Shown here piece after piece: positions 22,531 to 38,281 of a stretch of 64,000 nucleotides of DNA. Position numbers and translations under genes: made by a program. How positions within the stretch are numbered: position 1 is the stretch's first letter; every line of letters begins with the position of its first letter. The DNA comes from Escherichia coli (GTDB lineage: Bacteria; Pseudomonadota; Gammaproteobacteria; Enterobacterales; Enterobacteriaceae). The notes beneath the pieces are model-generated. The model was not told where the DNA came from. It worked only from the letters and a program-made list of their open reading frames with translations, and did no database searches. Location: NCBI RefSeq assembly GCF_046105845.1, contig NZ_CP151004.1; one strand, written 5' to 3'.

Positions 22531-23646
22531 TCAGGCCGCCACTTCGGTGCGGTTACGTCCGGCTTTCTTTGCTTTGTAAAGCGCCAAATCTGCCGATTTC
22601 AACCACTCACGATAGTGACTCATTTGTGGGTTCAGCGGCGCAACCCCCACACTAATCCGTAATGTTACCTGTGGCGTATTCGGCAGACGTAATGTATTTA
22701 GCCCTTCATGCACTCGTAACATGGCGGTAATGGCGCTCTCAGCTGGCGTACCGGACATGATTACCGCAAACTCATCGCCGCCAAACCGACCAATCACATC
22801 GCTACCGCGCAGGGTTATTTGTAACTGTCGGGTAAGCGCCACAATCGCTTCATCGCCCACATCATGGCCCCAGGTATCGTTGATGCTCTTGAAATGGTCG
22901 ATATCGATAATCAGTAATGTCGCATCGCGGTTATGCCGCCGACAGTTATCAAATTCATTGCGTAACATAGTTTCCCAATGACGTCGGTTATACACGCCCG
23001 TCATACCGTCGCGGGTACTCATGACCTGCAACCTGCGTTTATGTTCCGCCAGTTTAGTCGCCGTCTGGTAGCTGACCCAGCCAAACAGCAGAGGATAAAT
23101 GACGATAATGGGAAGGGAGAGCCACCATTCCAGCGGCGCACTATTGAACGACACGGTGATGCCCGTCAGTTCGAGGGTGACAAGGCAGGAAACCACCATC
23201 AACACCAGACCCGCGACAAACAGACGGGGGCCGCCTGCCCCCATCAAATTCAGACACATAATCATCAACATCGCGGTGGAAGGCAGCACGTTTACGCCCA
23301 TTACGCCTACCCACATTCCCGCTAATACTGCATCGGTTTTTAAGTTGTAAATTTCCCGGCTAAGCGGATCGACGGCCCTGCTCGCTATCTGCCAGGCTAA
23401 ATGCGGCCAGACGAACGCCCAGCCAACCAACACCAGCCACCACCAGCCCGGCGGCGGGTGCGAAACCAGCGTTGAAGCAATCGGTAAGAACATGCCAGCC
23501 AGGCCAACCGCGCGGGGTAGTCTGACGCGACGGGCGAAGCGCAGCCCGGATCGCTGATGTTCGTTTTGAGGAGTTAAAGGAGGTTCCTCCCCATGCGCCG
23601 CCGCTTTTTTGAAAAAATTTTCATCATTCATTATTTTTGGGAACAT
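22531..23646 (-). CDS. dgcC: Diguanylate cyclase DgcC (AdrA/YaiC), membrane MASE2 plus GGDEF
   Basis: 371 aa; N-terminal membrane segments; C-terminal GGDEF domain with RFGGDEF motif. Confidence 0.92.
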   Translation of the reverse strand: MFPKIMNDENFFKKAAAHGEEPPLTPQNEHQRSGLRFARRVRLPRAVGLAGMFLPIASTLVSHPPPGWWWLVLVGWAFVWPHLAWQIASRAVDPLSREIYNLKTDAVLAGMWVGVMGVNVLPSTAMLMIMCLNLMGAGGPRLFVAGLVLMVVSCLVTLELTGITVSFNSAPLEWWLSLPIIVIYPLLFGWVSYQTATKLAEHKRRLQVMSTRDGMTGVYNRRHWETMLRNEFDNCRRHNRDATLLIIDIDHFKSINDTWGHDVGDEAIVALTRQLQITLRGSDVIGRFGGDEFAVIMSGTPAESAITAMLRVHEGLNTLRLPNTPQVTLRISVGVAPLNPQMSHYREWLKSADLALYKAKKAGRNRTEVAA

Positions 23647-23747
23647 TCAGAAACAATTTTCCCAAATTATAGAGACGGGGCTAAAGGCAGAAGTATGAAA
23701 TTTCGGGTGAGCCATTTTCGTAGCTCACCCGTTAGCACTATCAGGTA

Positions 23748-24068
23748 TCAGGCGGCTTTCTTGAGGCAGGCGCTCATAAACTTATTACGATCATCACCTT
23801 TCAGAGATTGTTGCGTTGCTTGATTATTACATTCGCGCATCTTTTGCTGCTGTGGCGTCAAACTTTTTTCACCAGGCGCAGACTTGCTGTTCTTCAGGCA
23901 ATCACTCATGTAGGTCTTACGAGCATCCCCTTTCAACGCCTGCGCCGTCGCCTGCTGATTACAGGAGGTCATACGCTGTTGTTGCGGGGTTAAGGTTCTC
24001 TCGGCAGCGCCGACGGTGGTTAAAAAAACCAGACCGAAAAGCAAGGTAACCAGTAATGTTATTTTCAT
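23748..24068 (-). CDS. psiF: Phosphate starvation-inducible protein PsiF
   Basis: ORF 23748..24086; known PsiF starts MKITLLVTLLFGLVFLTTVGA (signal peptide); two internal ~34-aa repeats. Confidence 0.9.
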   Translation of the reverse strand: MKITLLVTLLFGLVFLTTVGAAERTLTPQQQRMTSCNQQATAQALKGDARKTYMSDCLKNSKSAPGEKSLTPQQQKMRECNNQATQQSLKGDDRNKFMSACLKKAA

Positions 24069-24186
24069 AGCACCATCCCTCTTCATGTTTTAACCATGAG
24101 CGTGTGCGCCCGTGATCTGCCATTAAGTCTGGTTGCTAACAGCAAAAAAACCACCCGACAGCGAAAATTCACCGCCGGGCGCGGTT

Positions 24187-25602
24187 TTATTTCAGCCCCA
24201 GAGCGGCTTTCATGGTGTAGAAGAGATCGGTCTGGTCGGTCAGTCCAACGACATTGGCAGCATGTGGGCCATACGCTGCAATACGCAACTGACTGCCGGT
24301 ATGTTCTTGTGAATCCTCTTCGGAGTTCCCGTAACTCATCACCATCACTGCGCCATCTTTTGTATTTAGCGCCTGGGTGAGGCCCGGCGCTTTGGTGTCC
24401 GGCGCGACAATCTGGCTGGCGTGGGCGTGATCAGCGGTGACTATGACCAGCGTGTTGCCATCCTTTTTAGCGAATTCCAACGCCCGTTGTACGGCTTCGT
24501 CGAGATCGACCGTCTCGCCAATTTGCCCACAAGGATTCGCAGCGTGATCCTGTTTATCGATTGATGCACCTTCAACTTGCAGGAAAAAGCCTTTCTCATT
24601 TTTACTCAACAATTCAATGGCTTTGTCGGTCATCTGCGCCAGGGTCGGTACGCTGTCATTACGTTGCGGATTAGGCGTACAGGTAACTGCGGGCTTGTCG
24701 ATATTGCCGTGGTACGTTGCTTTCGGTCCTAGCCAGCGCACTGGCATATTGCCGTCAGCAAACAGTCCTAGCAGGGGTTTTTGCTGGTTCGCTTCCGTCA
24801 CCGCATTTAGCGAGGCAGCATCACTCACCAACTGATAACCACGCGCCTGTGCCTGTTCACGCAGCGTTTTTCCCTGCCATTCACCGGCGGTTGCCGTTTC
24901 AGCAAAGGTTTTTGCGCCGCCGCCAAGCGTAACATCGGCACGAGCGTTAAGCAGCTGTTCGGTAATCGATCCTTTCCCGCCTTTTTCTAGCGTGTTACCC
25001 GTACATTTTTCACTGGTCACGCTCGGACCGTAGCATTTGCGCGAGGTCACATGCGACACCAGCGCAGCGGGCGTAGCATCCTGCAACTCTGCGGTAGAAA
25101 CGTTACCGGTCGCCAGACCTGCGGCTTTTGCCATTTCCAGAATCGTTGGGTGATCTTTTTCGTGAATATCGACGCCCAGCGCGCCGTTATAGGTTTTGAC
25201 ACCAGTTGACCAAGCGGTTGCTGATGCAGCCGAGTCGGTGACGTAGTCCGGTTTGCCGGTTTTTTTATTCAGCGCATAGTGAGTGTATTGCCCGGTAAGC
25301 GGTAATGCATCGATACCTTTAAAAAAGCCGCCCGCACCTTCGGCATAATTGCGTGCAGCAGTAATTTCCGAGTCCCCCATCCCATCGCCAATCAACAAAA
25401 TAATATTTTTGGCAGGTTTATCGCTAAGAGAATCACGCAGAGCAGCGGTCTGATCCCCCGTTAAGCGGCGAGCACCGCCGGGTGCAGTAATATCGCCCTG
25501 AGCAGCCCGGTTTTCCAGAACAGGCATTTCTGGTGTCCGGGCTTTTGTCACAGGGGTAAACAGTAACGGTAAGAGTGCCAGTGCAATAGTGCTTTGTTTC
25601 AC
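24187..25602 (-). CDS. phoA: Alkaline phosphatase PhoA
   Basis: ORF 24187..25644; GTG at 25602 with GGAG Shine-Dalgarno gives [29 protein letters not shown]..., the classic PhoA signal peptide and mature N-terminus. Confidence 0.96.
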   Translation of the reverse strand: MKQSTIALALLPLLFTPVTKARTPEMPVLENRAAQGDITAPGGARRLTGDQTAALRDSLSDKPAKNIILLIGDGMGDSEITAARNYAEGAGGFFKGIDALPLTGQYTHYALNKKTGKPDYVTDSAASATAWSTGVKTYNGALGVDIHEKDHPTILEMAKAAGLATGNVSTAELQDATPAALVSHVTSRKCYGPSVTSEKCTGNTLEKGGKGSITEQLLNARADVTLGGGAKTFAETATAGEWQGKTLREQAQARGYQLVSDAASLNAVTEANQQKPLLGLFADGNMPVRWLGPKATYHGNIDKPAVTCTPNPQRNDSVPTLAQMTDKAIELLSKNEKGFFLQVEGASIDKQDHAANPCGQIGETVDLDEAVQRALEFAKKDGNTLVIVTADHAHASQIVAPDTKAPGLTQALNTKDGAVMVMSYGNSEEDSQEHTGSQLRIAAYGPHAANVVGLTDQTDLFYTMKAALGLK

Positions 25603-25664
25603 TTTATTTTCTCCATGTACAAATACATTAAAAAATAAAAACAAAGCGACTATAAGTCTCGGCC

Positions 25665-25682
25665 GTGACAGCTTTATGACAG
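25665..25682 (-). promoter_or_regulatory. Pho box of the phoA promoter
   Basis: Minus-strand ctgtcataaagctgtcac, ~60 nt upstream of phoA start; matches the known phoA Pho box apart from one base. Confidence 0.75.
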
Positions 25683-25702
25683 CTGTTGAAAAGATTAACT
25701 TT

Positions 25703-25963
25703 TTACTGACGAGGATGCTTCAATAACTTCTTTACATAATTGCGCAGCAGCTCCGTATCGTCGTCAGGAATGCTGGCATCGGGCTTTACCTCGTACAGCG
25801 CCCCCTCTACCTGATCAATCAACCTCTGTTGGTCATTTTGCGCCATATTGCGAAGCATTGCAGTGACGATAATCTCCAAAGCTTCTACCTGCGCGCACAG
25901 TTCTTTCGACTCTTCTTCTTTTTGGGCAAGCTTAAATAACAACTCAGCAATGAGATTTTTCAT
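25703..25963 (-). CDS. iraP: Anti-adapter protein IraP (inhibits RssB-mediated RpoS degradation)
   Basis: 86 aa, [40 protein letters not shown]...; matches recalled IraP (YaiB). Confidence 0.92.
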   Translation of the reverse strand: MKNLIAELLFKLAQKEEESKELCAQVEALEIIVTAMLRNMAQNDQQRLIDQVEGALYEVKPDASIPDDDTELLRNYVKKLLKHPRQ

Positions 25964-26424
25964 GTCTGTATTTCCTTATCCAAAGTATGGAGAAGTTAAC
26001 ATTATGTTTCACAACTTCATAGTGTCTGGAAGTATTATTTTTATGACAAAGGAAATACTTTGCGCAAATATTTTTTGTTTGATTACCAGCGAAACGTTTC
26101 TCTTATTTAAATAATTACCCTCACAAAATATAGGCTTTTAATTATCAACCTTTATTATAAATAAAAGTTATGAAATATATTCTCTTCGTTAACTTATAAT
26201 TAAGAGAAAAAACTCACTGCATGGCCATTTAAGCCAGGAATAAATTAGCTTCCCGTTCATCATTTTTGTGATCTTGCGCACATCATTGAGATAACGCACT
26301 TTCTTCACCAGTACGTTGCACGCTTTGTCAGCAGAAGATTGCAACATTCTGTCAGAAGGCCGCGAATCCCCCGTTTTGTCGTGGTAATGTATGCACTTTG
26401 TGTTAGACGGGATAGGTTTTTAAG

Positions 26425-27519
26425 ATGGAAAAACTGCGGGTAGGAATCGTTTTTGGTGGTAAATCAGCGGAACATGAAGTGTCTCTGCAATCGGCAAAAA
26501 ACATTGTCGATGCCATTGATAAAAGTCGCTTCGACGTTGTGCTGCTGGGCATTGATAAACAAGGGCAATGGCACGTCAGCGATGCCAGCAATTATCTGCT
26601 AAATGCAGACGATCCTGCCCATATTGCGTTGCGCCCTTCGGCGACCAGCCTTGCGCAGGTGCCTGGTAAACATGAACATCAGCTTATCGACGCGCAAAAC
26701 GGTCAGCCGTTGCCGACGGTGGATGTCATTTTCCCGATTGTCCACGGTACGCTGGGCGAAGATGGTTCCTTGCAGGGAATGCTGCGGGTCGCCAATTTAC
26801 CGTTTGTAGGTTCTGATGTTCTGGCTTCAGCGGCCTGTATGGATAAAGATGTCACCAAACGTCTGCTGCGCGATGCCGGGCTGAACATTGCGCCATTTAT
26901 TACCCTGACGCGCGCTAATCGTCACAACATCAGTTTTGCCGAAGTGGAGTCTAAACTGGGGTTACCGCTGTTTGTAAAACCAGCTAATCAGGGCTCTTCT
27001 GTTGGTGTCAGCAAAGTAACCAGTGAAGAACAGTACGCAATTGCCGTCGATCTGGCGTTCGAGTTCGACCATAAAGTGATCGTTGAGCAAGGGATCAAAG
27101 GTCGTGAGATCGAATGCGCAGTTCTGGGCAACGACAATCCGCAAGCCAGCACCTGTGGCGAGATCGTACTAACCAGCGATTTTTATGCCTACGACACCAA
27201 GTACATTGACGAAGATGGCGCGAAAGTGGTAGTTCCGGCAGCCATTGCGCCAGAAATCAACGATAAGATCCGGGCGATTGCCGTTCAGGCTTATCAGACG
27301 TTGGGATGCGCAGGCATGGCGCGTGTAGACGTGTTTTTAACCCCAGAGAACGACGTGGTGATCAACGAGATCAACACACTGCCTGGCTTCACCAACATCA
27401 GTATGTATCCGAAGCTGTGGCAAGCCAGCGGTCTGGGTTACACCGACCTGATCACCCGTTTGATTGAGCTGGCGCTGGAGCGTCACGCTGCGGATAACGC
27501 ATTGAAAACCACAATGTAA
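26425..27519 (+). CDS. ddlA: D-alanine--D-alanine ligase A
   Basis: 364 aa, [38 protein letters not shown]...; ATP-grasp. Confidence 0.95.
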   Translation: MEKLRVGIVFGGKSAEHEVSLQSAKNIVDAIDKSRFDVVLLGIDKQGQWHVSDASNYLLNADDPAHIALRPSATSLAQVPGKHEHQLIDAQNGQPLPTVDVIFPIVHGTLGEDGSLQGMLRVANLPFVGSDVLASAACMDKDVTKRLLRDAGLNIAPFITLTRANRHNISFAEVESKLGLPLFVKPANQGSSVGVSKVTSEEQYAIAVDLAFEFDHKVIVEQGIKGREIECAVLGNDNPQASTCGEIVLTSDFYAYDTKYIDEDGAKVVVPAAIAPEINDKIRAIAVQAYQTLGCAGMARVDVFLTPENDVVINEINTLPGFTNISMYPKLWQASGLGYTDLITRLIELALERHAADNALKTTM

Positions 27520-27542
27520 TTTTTAAATGCCCGATAATATTC

Positions 27543-27755
27543 TTATTGGGCGTTTTCAGTTTCTTCATCGCGACGACGAATAATCAGCCCCGCCAGCCAG
27601 AAACTAATCACCCACGTCACCAGACCGACGGCATAGGTCTGCCAACCTTTTGCTTCAAATCCCAGTAAACCCACCACGCCATTAAGAATGAATATAAGGC
27701 CAATGGCGAACGCATAGTAGTGCCAGTCACGGCGGATTTTTACAGGCAAGTTCAT
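27543..27755 (-). CDS. yaiZ: Small inner-membrane protein YaiZ (70 aa)
   Basis: ORF 27543..27887; internal ATG at 27755 gives a 70-aa two-helix membrane protein MNLPVKIRRDWHYYAFAIGLIF..., matching K-12 length and position next to ddlA. Confidence 0.75.
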   Translation of the reverse strand: MNLPVKIRRDWHYYAFAIGLIFILNGVVGLLGFEAKGWQTYAVGLVTWVISFWLAGLIIRRRDEETENAQ

Positions 27756-28014
27756 GGCAGCTCCGTTAACGAAAAACAACATCCTTGCATATTCTGCAAC
27801 ATCCGTCTGTGCCGTAGACAACATTTCCGTAATTGTTAATAAATTTAACTTAAGGTTGTCATTTTGTGACTCACGACGAAGATTCACGCTTCGGGAATAT
27901 TCCCAACATCAATTTACCATGATTCTGATATTGACAATCTTAATGACCTGTCAGACTTGCCATAAGCCGCTGGTATCACACCAGAAGAGAAGCAGATGAC
28001 TTCCGGAGGTTTTT

Positions 28015-28323
28015 ATGGCTGATTTCACCCTGTCAAAATCGCTGTTTAGCGGAAAATATCGCAATGCCTCTTCAACGCCTGGCAATATTGCCTATGCGTT
28101 GTTTGTGCTGTTTTGCTTTTGGGCTGGGGCGCAATTGCTGAACCTGCTAGTGCATGCGCCCGGCGTCTATGAGCGTTTAATGCAGGTCCAGGAAACAGGT
28201 CGCCCACGGGTGGAAATTGGTTTAGGTGTCGGCACCATTTTCGGGCTGATCCCGTTTTTAGTTGGCTGCCTCATTTTTGCAGTAGTGGCGCTATGGCTGC
28301 ACTGGCGACATCGCCGCCAGTAA
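28015..28323 (+). CDS. yaiY: Inner-membrane protein YaiY (102 aa)
   Basis: 102 aa, [33 protein letters not shown]...; length and position match K-12 YaiY. Confidence 0.8.
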
Positions 28324-28380
28324 GATTTACTTGCCAGATAGGACCTAAAACGCTTTATCTGGCATGACATTCCTGTTTGA

Positions 28381-29475
28381 TCACTGTTTCATACAACGCG
28401 CCCGCCGTTCGTCTACGCGCTTCGCAAACCAGGCCGTAGTCAGGTTGCGGGTGATTTTCGGGCTTTCCAGTTGAATGCCAGGCAACATTTCGCGGGGTAG
28501 TGATTTACCCGTTTTCGCTTCGGCAAGTTGATAAACTTTCTTGTACAGCGCCGTCTCCTCAAAAGAGAAGCTGTCCCCTTTCTCTAACTGGCGGCGAATT
28601 TCACTGTCGCTCATCCCCAGTTTTCCCGCCAGTTTGCGCGTTGCCAGTTCGGTTTTCCCGGGCTCTTTACTGTCGTAACGAATTAAATCACCGTCCAGTG
28701 CCAGCTTCACGCCGCTGGCCTTACTGACCGCGTTCTGAAACGCGGCATTACGGCTGGCGTACCAGCCAGCGTTAAAATCAGCAAAACGGTATATCGGCGC
28801 GCTATAGCTGGCGGGATAATTCAGTAAATGGTAAGTACCAAACCACAACCCGCCGCGACGACTGAAGACTTCCTGACGGACTGTACCGTCCATTTTCCAC
28901 GGATATCCTTTGGTATGCTGTTCGGCAAAAGCAATGCTGACCTGCATCGGCCCACCGGTGCGCACCGGATTAAGCGAACCAAACAACGTCTGCCCCATTG
29001 GCACCATGCTGATCAGATCGTCAAAAATCGCGCTCAATTGCTTTTCTGTACGCACCGAATCTAACCGTTCGCTATAGCTTTTGCCGTTTGGCGATTTGAT
29101 TTTTAGCGCGGTATGCACCAGAAAAGCAGGAATGTGCATCCGTTCAGCACGACGGTCAATCTCTTGCCAGGCGATCTTGCTTAAGCCCGGAACGGCCGGA
29201 TCTGCCTGATAATTTGACTCCTGCTGCGCCACCGCCAGCACCGAGCAGACGTTTTCCAGCGTCGGTGCCAGCCCCTGACTTTCAAACGTGGTGGCGAGAT
29301 CTTTCGCCCAGGCATCGCGGTCTTTCACGCTCGCAGGCATCTTCTGCCGCACGACGCTCGCCACATCTATCGCTTTTTCGCCCTTTTTCAACGGTTGCGG
29401 AGCCTGATTACTACACCCCGCTAAAACCAGAACCGCCAACAATGACAGCGAAGATAGATGATTGACGCGCGACAT
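28381..29475 (-). CDS. yaiW: Outer-membrane lipoprotein YaiW (DUF1615)
   Basis: 364 aa with lipoprotein signal MSRVNHLSSLSLLAVLVLAGCSNQ; immediately downstream of sbmA as in K-12. Confidence 0.9.
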   Translation of the reverse strand: MSRVNHLSSLSLLAVLVLAGCSNQAPQPLKKGEKAIDVASVVRQKMPASVKDRDAWAKDLATTFESQGLAPTLENVCSVLAVAQQESNYQADPAVPGLSKIAWQEIDRRAERMHIPAFLVHTALKIKSPNGKSYSERLDSVRTEKQLSAIFDDLISMVPMGQTLFGSLNPVRTGGPMQVSIAFAEQHTKGYPWKMDGTVRQEVFSRRGGLWFGTYHLLNYPASYSAPIYRFADFNAGWYASRNAAFQNAVSKASGVKLALDGDLIRYDSKEPGKTELATRKLAGKLGMSDSEIRRQLEKGDSFSFEETALYKKVYQLAEAKTGKSLPREMLPGIQLESPKITRNLTTAWFAKRVDERRARCMKQ

Positions 29476-29487
29476 TACTTCTCCTTT

Positions 29488-30708
29488 TTAGCTCAAGGTA
29501 TGGGTTACTTCCTGAATTTTGTCACCATCCAGCTCATGTTCAAAGCTGCGCAGACGTTTGTAGATAGACATCAACTCAACCAGTGTGGTCCATGAGTTAA
29601 TCAGGTACTGGAAAGCTCCGCGAACCTGACCAAAAACGTTGGTAATCTGCGTCATCAGGCCGAGCGTAATCGTACCGGCAACAATTGACGGAAACAGCAA
29701 GAACAAACCGAAAACGTTATCGACCTGCAAATAGAGAATGCGGGCGATGTTGAAATACATATAGTGAAAATAGAGGCGGAAATAGTTTTTCCGTACGGCG
29801 CTAAACAGCTCGCGTACCGTAGGCGGCGTCGCGCGCGTGGCATCGTCTTCACCATAAACCAGCTCTTTACGGTAGGCAGCCTCTACACGCTGGTTTTTAA
29901 ACTCCAGCCCCGGCAGTTTGATCCCTACCACTGCCAGTAATCCGGTCCCCATCAGCGACCAGACGATAGCGGCAATCACCAGACCATACGGAATGTGCCC
30001 GACAATCGGCAGCTCCGGCACATGCGCGGAGAGCGTTACCAGCACCGGCAGGAAGGCGATCAACGTCATGATAGCGTTGATAAAGCTGACGCCCATATTC
30101 TCCAGCGTTGAAGCAAAACGCATGGTGTCTTCCTGCACACGTTGGGCGGCACCTTCGATATGACGCAGTTGTTGCCAGTTCGCCATGTAATATTCGTTCA
30201 TCGCTGTACGCCAGCGGAACACGTAGTGACTGACAAAGAAGTTGTTCAGCACACTGATCACTACCGCGATCAGCGCAATCCCCAGAAAGACGCCCACTTC
30301 GCGGTAAAATTGTTCGATGGTGACTTTATGCGGCGAACTTAGCGCGGTTTGAATCAGATCATAGAACGGCGCATACCAGGCGTTGACGGCGACCCCGACT
30401 TCCACCAAAAACCAGGTGACGAAGATGATCAGTGCAGTACCGAGTATTGACCAGTATTGCCAACGATGCGGGCTGTAGATAAACCAGAACAATGCAAAAA
30501 GTCCTACGCAAACAATGTAGTAAGCGTAAAAAATCAGGAAATCCAACGACCAGAAACGTGCAGCGCTAATCGGGATCTGCCCGGAAGCTCCGGTGATACG
30601 CGCCACCCAGTCACCCCCACCTGCTTGCCAGAAGATAACGGCAATCAATGCCCAAACGAAGGCCGAGAGAAAAAACGTTCCCGGCTTTGGGAAAAAAGAC
30701 TTAAACAT
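29488..30708 (-). CDS. sbmA: Peptide antibiotic/antimicrobial peptide transporter SbmA
   Basis: ORF 29488..30714; known SbmA starts [24 protein letters not shown]...; 406 aa. Confidence 0.94.
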   Translation of the reverse strand: MFKSFFPKPGTFFLSAFVWALIAVIFWQAGGGDWVARITGASGQIPISAARFWSLDFLIFYAYYIVCVGLFALFWFIYSPHRWQYWSILGTALIIFVTWFLVEVGVAVNAWYAPFYDLIQTALSSPHKVTIEQFYREVGVFLGIALIAVVISVLNNFFVSHYVFRWRTAMNEYYMANWQQLRHIEGAAQRVQEDTMRFASTLENMGVSFINAIMTLIAFLPVLVTLSAHVPELPIVGHIPYGLVIAAIVWSLMGTGLLAVVGIKLPGLEFKNQRVEAAYRKELVYGEDDATRATPPTVRELFSAVRKNYFRLYFHYMYFNIARILYLQVDNVFGLFLLFPSIVAGTITLGLMTQITNVFGQVRGAFQYLINSWTTLVELMSIYKRLRSFEHELDGDKIQEVTHTLS

Positions 30709-31059
30709 ATGCACTCCTGCTAACTTCTTATCGTTTTAACAACTGCTGTGTATTAACCGCATGACCGCTACAAAGCGTCAGCCAAATGAAACCGCCCATT
30801 GTGACCCATAGCAAGGCGCTTAGTTCGCCAGCCTGACCATAAGAATTGTTTCGACGGATTTCACAAACCAAAGATTGTTTACATAAGCGGATTAACACGC
30901 GCAGGATCACAAATGCAGGCATTAGTGAGCAGGAAAAAGATCGTGTTTACGCGCCGTTACGTTTTTAACACTATTATTGCACTAATTCGCCCTTTGCAAT
31001 CCATCAATGAGTAGTATAAATACGCTCAGTTACCTTCATTCAATCTATGGACACCACCG

Positions 31060-32217
31060 TTGAAACGTAGTCTGCTTTTTTCTGCCGTGCTGTGTGCGGC
31101 GTCATTGACCTCCGTCCATGCGGCGCAGCCTATCACTGAACCGGAGTTTGCCTCTGATATTGTCGATCGTTATGCCGATCATATTTTTTACGGCAGCGGT
31201 GCCACGGGGATGGCGCTGGTAGTTATCGACGGTAACCAGCGCGTCTTTCGTAGTTATGGCGAAACGCGACCTGGTAATAACGTTCGCCCGCAGCTGGACT
31301 CGGTCATACGTATTGCTTCCCTCACCAAGCTAATGACCAGTGAGATGCTGGTGAAATTGCTCGACCAGGGGACCGTGAAGTTAAACGATCCGCTAAGTAA
31401 ATATGCTCCGCCAGGCGCACGCGTACCGACTTACAATGGGACGCCCATTACGCTGGTGAATCTGGCAACCCATACCAGCGCCCTGCCCCGTGAACAGCCC
31501 GGTGGCGCGGCACATCGTCCGGTGTTTGTCTGGCCGACGCGCGAGCAACGCTGGAAATACCTTTCCACAGCCAAACTAAAAGCCGCGCCGGGCAGCCAGG
31601 CCGCGTACTCTAACCTTGCGTTCGACCTGCTGGCAGATGCACTGGCGAATGCGTCCGGCAAGCCTTATACCCAGTTGTTTGAAGAGCAGATTACCCGTCC
31701 ATTGGGGATGAAAGACACCACCTACACCCCCTCGCCGGATCAGTGCCGCCGTTTAATGGTTGCTGAGCGTGGTGCCAGTCCGTGCAATAACACGCTGGCG
31801 GCAATTGGCAGCGGCGGAGTCTATTCCACTCCTGGCGATATGATGCGCTGGATGCAGCAGTATTTGTCATCTGATTTTTATCAGCGCAGTAACCAGGCAG
31901 ATCGCATGCAGACGTTGATTTATCAGCGAGCGCAGTTTACAAAAGTGATTGGCATGGATGTCCCCGGCAAAGCGGATGCGCTTGGTTTAGGCTGGGTATA
32001 TATGGCCCCGAAAGAGGGTCGTCCAGGGATTATTCAGAAGACAGGTGGTGGTGGCGGTTTCATTACCTATATGGCGATGATCCCGCAGAAGAACATTGGC
32101 GCATTTGTGGTGGTCACTCGTTCGCCATTGACGCGCTTTAAAAATATGAGCGATGGCATCAATGACCTGGTGACCGAACTGAGCGGGAATAAACCGTTGG
32201 TCATCCCCGCGTCCTGA
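31060..32217 (+). CDS. ampH: D-alanyl-D-alanine carboxypeptidase/endopeptidase AmpH
   Basis: 385 aa with signal peptide; class C beta-lactamase-like fold with SxxK motif (IASLTK). Confidence 0.94.
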   Translation: MKRSLLFSAVLCAASLTSVHAAQPITEPEFASDIVDRYADHIFYGSGATGMALVVIDGNQRVFRSYGETRPGNNVRPQLDSVIRIASLTKLMTSEMLVKLLDQGTVKLNDPLSKYAPPGARVPTYNGTPITLVNLATHTSALPREQPGGAAHRPVFVWPTREQRWKYLSTAKLKAAPGSQAAYSNLAFDLLADALANASGKPYTQLFEEQITRPLGMKDTTYTPSPDQCRRLMVAERGASPCNNTLAAIGSGGVYSTPGDMMRWMQQYLSSDFYQRSNQADRMQTLIYQRAQFTKVIGMDVPGKADALGLGWVYMAPKEGRPGIIQKTGGGGGFITYMAMIPQKNIGAFVVVTRSPLTRFKNMSDGINDLVTELSGNKPLVIPAS

Positions 32218-35892
<3,675 letters not shown>

Positions 35893-36414
35893 TTGTCATC
35901 CCTCCTCAGGGACGTAATAAGTTGATCCATCAATTATCAATGCATAGAAAACATATTATGTTTCGCGCTAACGATTATGCTGCGTTACAGACGAATGGTT
36001 CAATTATTCTTTCCCCTAAGTCCGAATGTGGACATATATAATTTATGGAGAAAAATACACACCGAATTGATAAAAACACCATATTTCAATATGTTGCAGA
36101 TAATGTTATTTTTGAAACATACGCATCATAAATATCACAAACACAAACCAGACAAACATCCTATCAATATGCAACAAAGTTTTAATTATTCAATTTATAG
36201 CAGCAAAACCAAACCCCAAAAATAATAACCAAGAACTATAAATAAAAATTAAAAATATTTTCAGTGAATATGAAATTATTGCTGTTTCTATTACAAAGAT
36301 GTCCTGGCCTCTCTTCCATTCTCTTCTTGTCAACATCGCGACAACTTTCGTAAAACATCCCCACCCTGCTTCAGGTATACTATGCCCCTCGATTCCACAA
36401 ACATCAGGCAGACC

Positions 36415-37389
36415 ATGACAGACTTAATCCAACGCCCTCGTCGCCTGCGCAAATCTCCTGCGCTGCGCGCTATGTTTGAAGAGACAACACTTAGCCTTAA
36501 CGACCTGGTGTTGCCGATCTTTGTTGAAGAAGAAATTGACGACTACAAAGCCGTTGAAGCCATGCCAGGCGTGATGCGCATTCCAGAGAAACATCTGGCA
36601 CGCGAAATTGAACGCATCGCCAACGCCGGTATTCGTTCCGTGATGACTTTCGGCATCTCTCACCATACCGATGAAACCGGCAGCGACGCCTGGCGGGAAG
36701 ATGGACTGGTGGCGCGTATGTCGCGCATATGCAAGCAGACTGTGCCAGAAATGATCGTCATGTCAGACACTTGTTTCTGTGAATACACTTCTCACGGTCA
36801 CTGCGGTGTGCTGTGCGAGCATGGCGTCGACAACGACGCGACTCTGGAAAATTTAGGCAAGCAAGCCGTGGTTGCAGCTGCTGCAGGTGCAGACTTCATC
36901 GCCCCTTCCGCCGCGATGGACGGCCAGGTACAGGCGATTCGTCAGGCGCTGGACGCTGCGGGCTTTAAAGATACGGCGATTATGTCGTATTCGACCAAGT
37001 TCGCCTCTTCCTTTTATGGTCCGTTCCGTGAAGCTGCCGGAAGCGCATTAAAAGGCGACCGCAAAAGCTATCAGATGAACCCGATGAACCGCCGCGAAGC
37101 GATTCGTGAATCACTGCTGGATGAAGCCCAGGGCGCAGACTGCCTGATGGTTAAACCAGCTGGAGCGTACCTCGACATCGTGCGTGAGCTGCGTGAACGT
37201 ACTGAATTGCCGATTGGTGCGTATCAGGTGAGCGGTGAGTACGCGATGATTAAGTTCGCCGCGCTGGCGGGTGCTATAGATGAAGAGAAAGTCGTGCTCG
37301 AAAGCTTAGGTTCGATTAAGCGTGCGGGTGCGGATCTGATTTTCAGCTACTTTGCGCTGGATCTGGCTGAGAAGAAGATTCTGCGTTAA
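36415..37389 (+). CDS. hemB: Porphobilinogen synthase (delta-aminolevulinate dehydratase) HemB
   Basis: ORF 36382..37389; ATG at 36415 gives [27 protein letters not shown]..., the known 324-aa HemB. Confidence 0.95.
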
Positions 37390-37429
37390 TGATCATTATG
37401 CCGGGTTATCCCAACCCGGCATTTCCTCT

Positions 37430-38281
37430 TCACCCCGCCCGATAAAACGGTTTATCCCCAAGGATCGTCGCCCGATGCATAATCCGCCGCTGTGGCAGGT
37501 AATCCGCATTGGCATAGTGCTGAGTCACGCGATTATCCCAAATCGCAATATCATTCGGTTGCCAGCGCCAGCGCACCTGAAACTCCGGTTTGGTGATATG
37601 GGCAAACAAAAAACTTAACAAGGCTTCGCTCTCTTTCTCGCTCACATCAACAATTCGCGTAGTAAAGCCTTCATTCACAAACAGCGCCTGTTTACCGCTC
37701 ACCGGATGCGTTCGCACCACCGGATGTAGCAACGGCGGGTTTTTCGCGACCGCCTCGCGCCAGCGTTGATGTTCCTCCTCGGTTTTGCGGTATTTGTATT
37801 CCGGGAACGATTTACGGAAATCATGCTCCGCACGCAGCCCGCTCAGCAGCTGGCGGAAGGGAACAGAGAGCGCCTCATAGGCCGCAATACCGCTGGTCCA
37901 GAGCGTATCACCGCCGGTCGAAGGTAACTCTTTAGCTGCCAGAATCGCCCCTGCGGGTGGCGTTTCAATAAATGTCACATCGGTATGCCAGTTGTCGTTA
38001 TCTGGCGGATTATCGTTATGGGTATCCAGCACGATGATCTCGTCAACCCCTTCGGCATGAGGGTAAACAGGGTGAATATGCAGTTCGCCAAAACGCTGGG
38101 CCAGCGCGCGTTGCTGCAGCGGCGTAATGGCCTGTTCACGCAGAAACACCACCTGATGGCGCAGTACCGCATGGTAAAGCTGTTCAAACTGGTTATCACT
38201 TAACGGGCGCGTCAGGTCGGCACCCGTAATTTGTGCGCCAATATACGGCCCCAGCGGGGTAATGCTCAGACGTTCACTCAT
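37430..38281 (-). CDS. tauD: Taurine dioxygenase TauD (alpha-ketoglutarate dependent)
   Basis: 283 aa, [39 protein letters not shown]... Confidence 0.95.
   Translation of the reverse strand: MSERLSITPLGPYIGAQITGADLTRPLSDNQFEQLYHAVLRHQVVFLREQAITPLQQRALAQRFGELHIHPVYPHAEGVDEIIVLDTHNDNPPDNDNWHTDVTFIETPPAGAILAAKELPSTGGDTLWTSGIAAYEALSVPFRQLLSGLRAEHDFRKSFPEYKYRKTEEEHQRWREAVAKNPPLLHPVVRTHPVSGKQALFVNEGFTTRIVDVSEKESEALLSFLFAHITKPEFQVRWRWQPNDIAIWDNRVTQHYANADYLPQRRIMHRATILGDKPFYRAG

Noticed and set aside
24100-24186. Possible rho-independent terminator downstream of phoA
   Set aside because: GC-rich segment followed by a T-run on the minus strand is present, but I could not identify a clean inverted repeat by eye; left unannotated.
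35977-36225. 82-aa ORF in the AT-rich region upstream of hemB/yaiT
   Set aside because: Lys/His-rich low-complexity translation of AT-rich promoter DNA; no ribosome-binding site.
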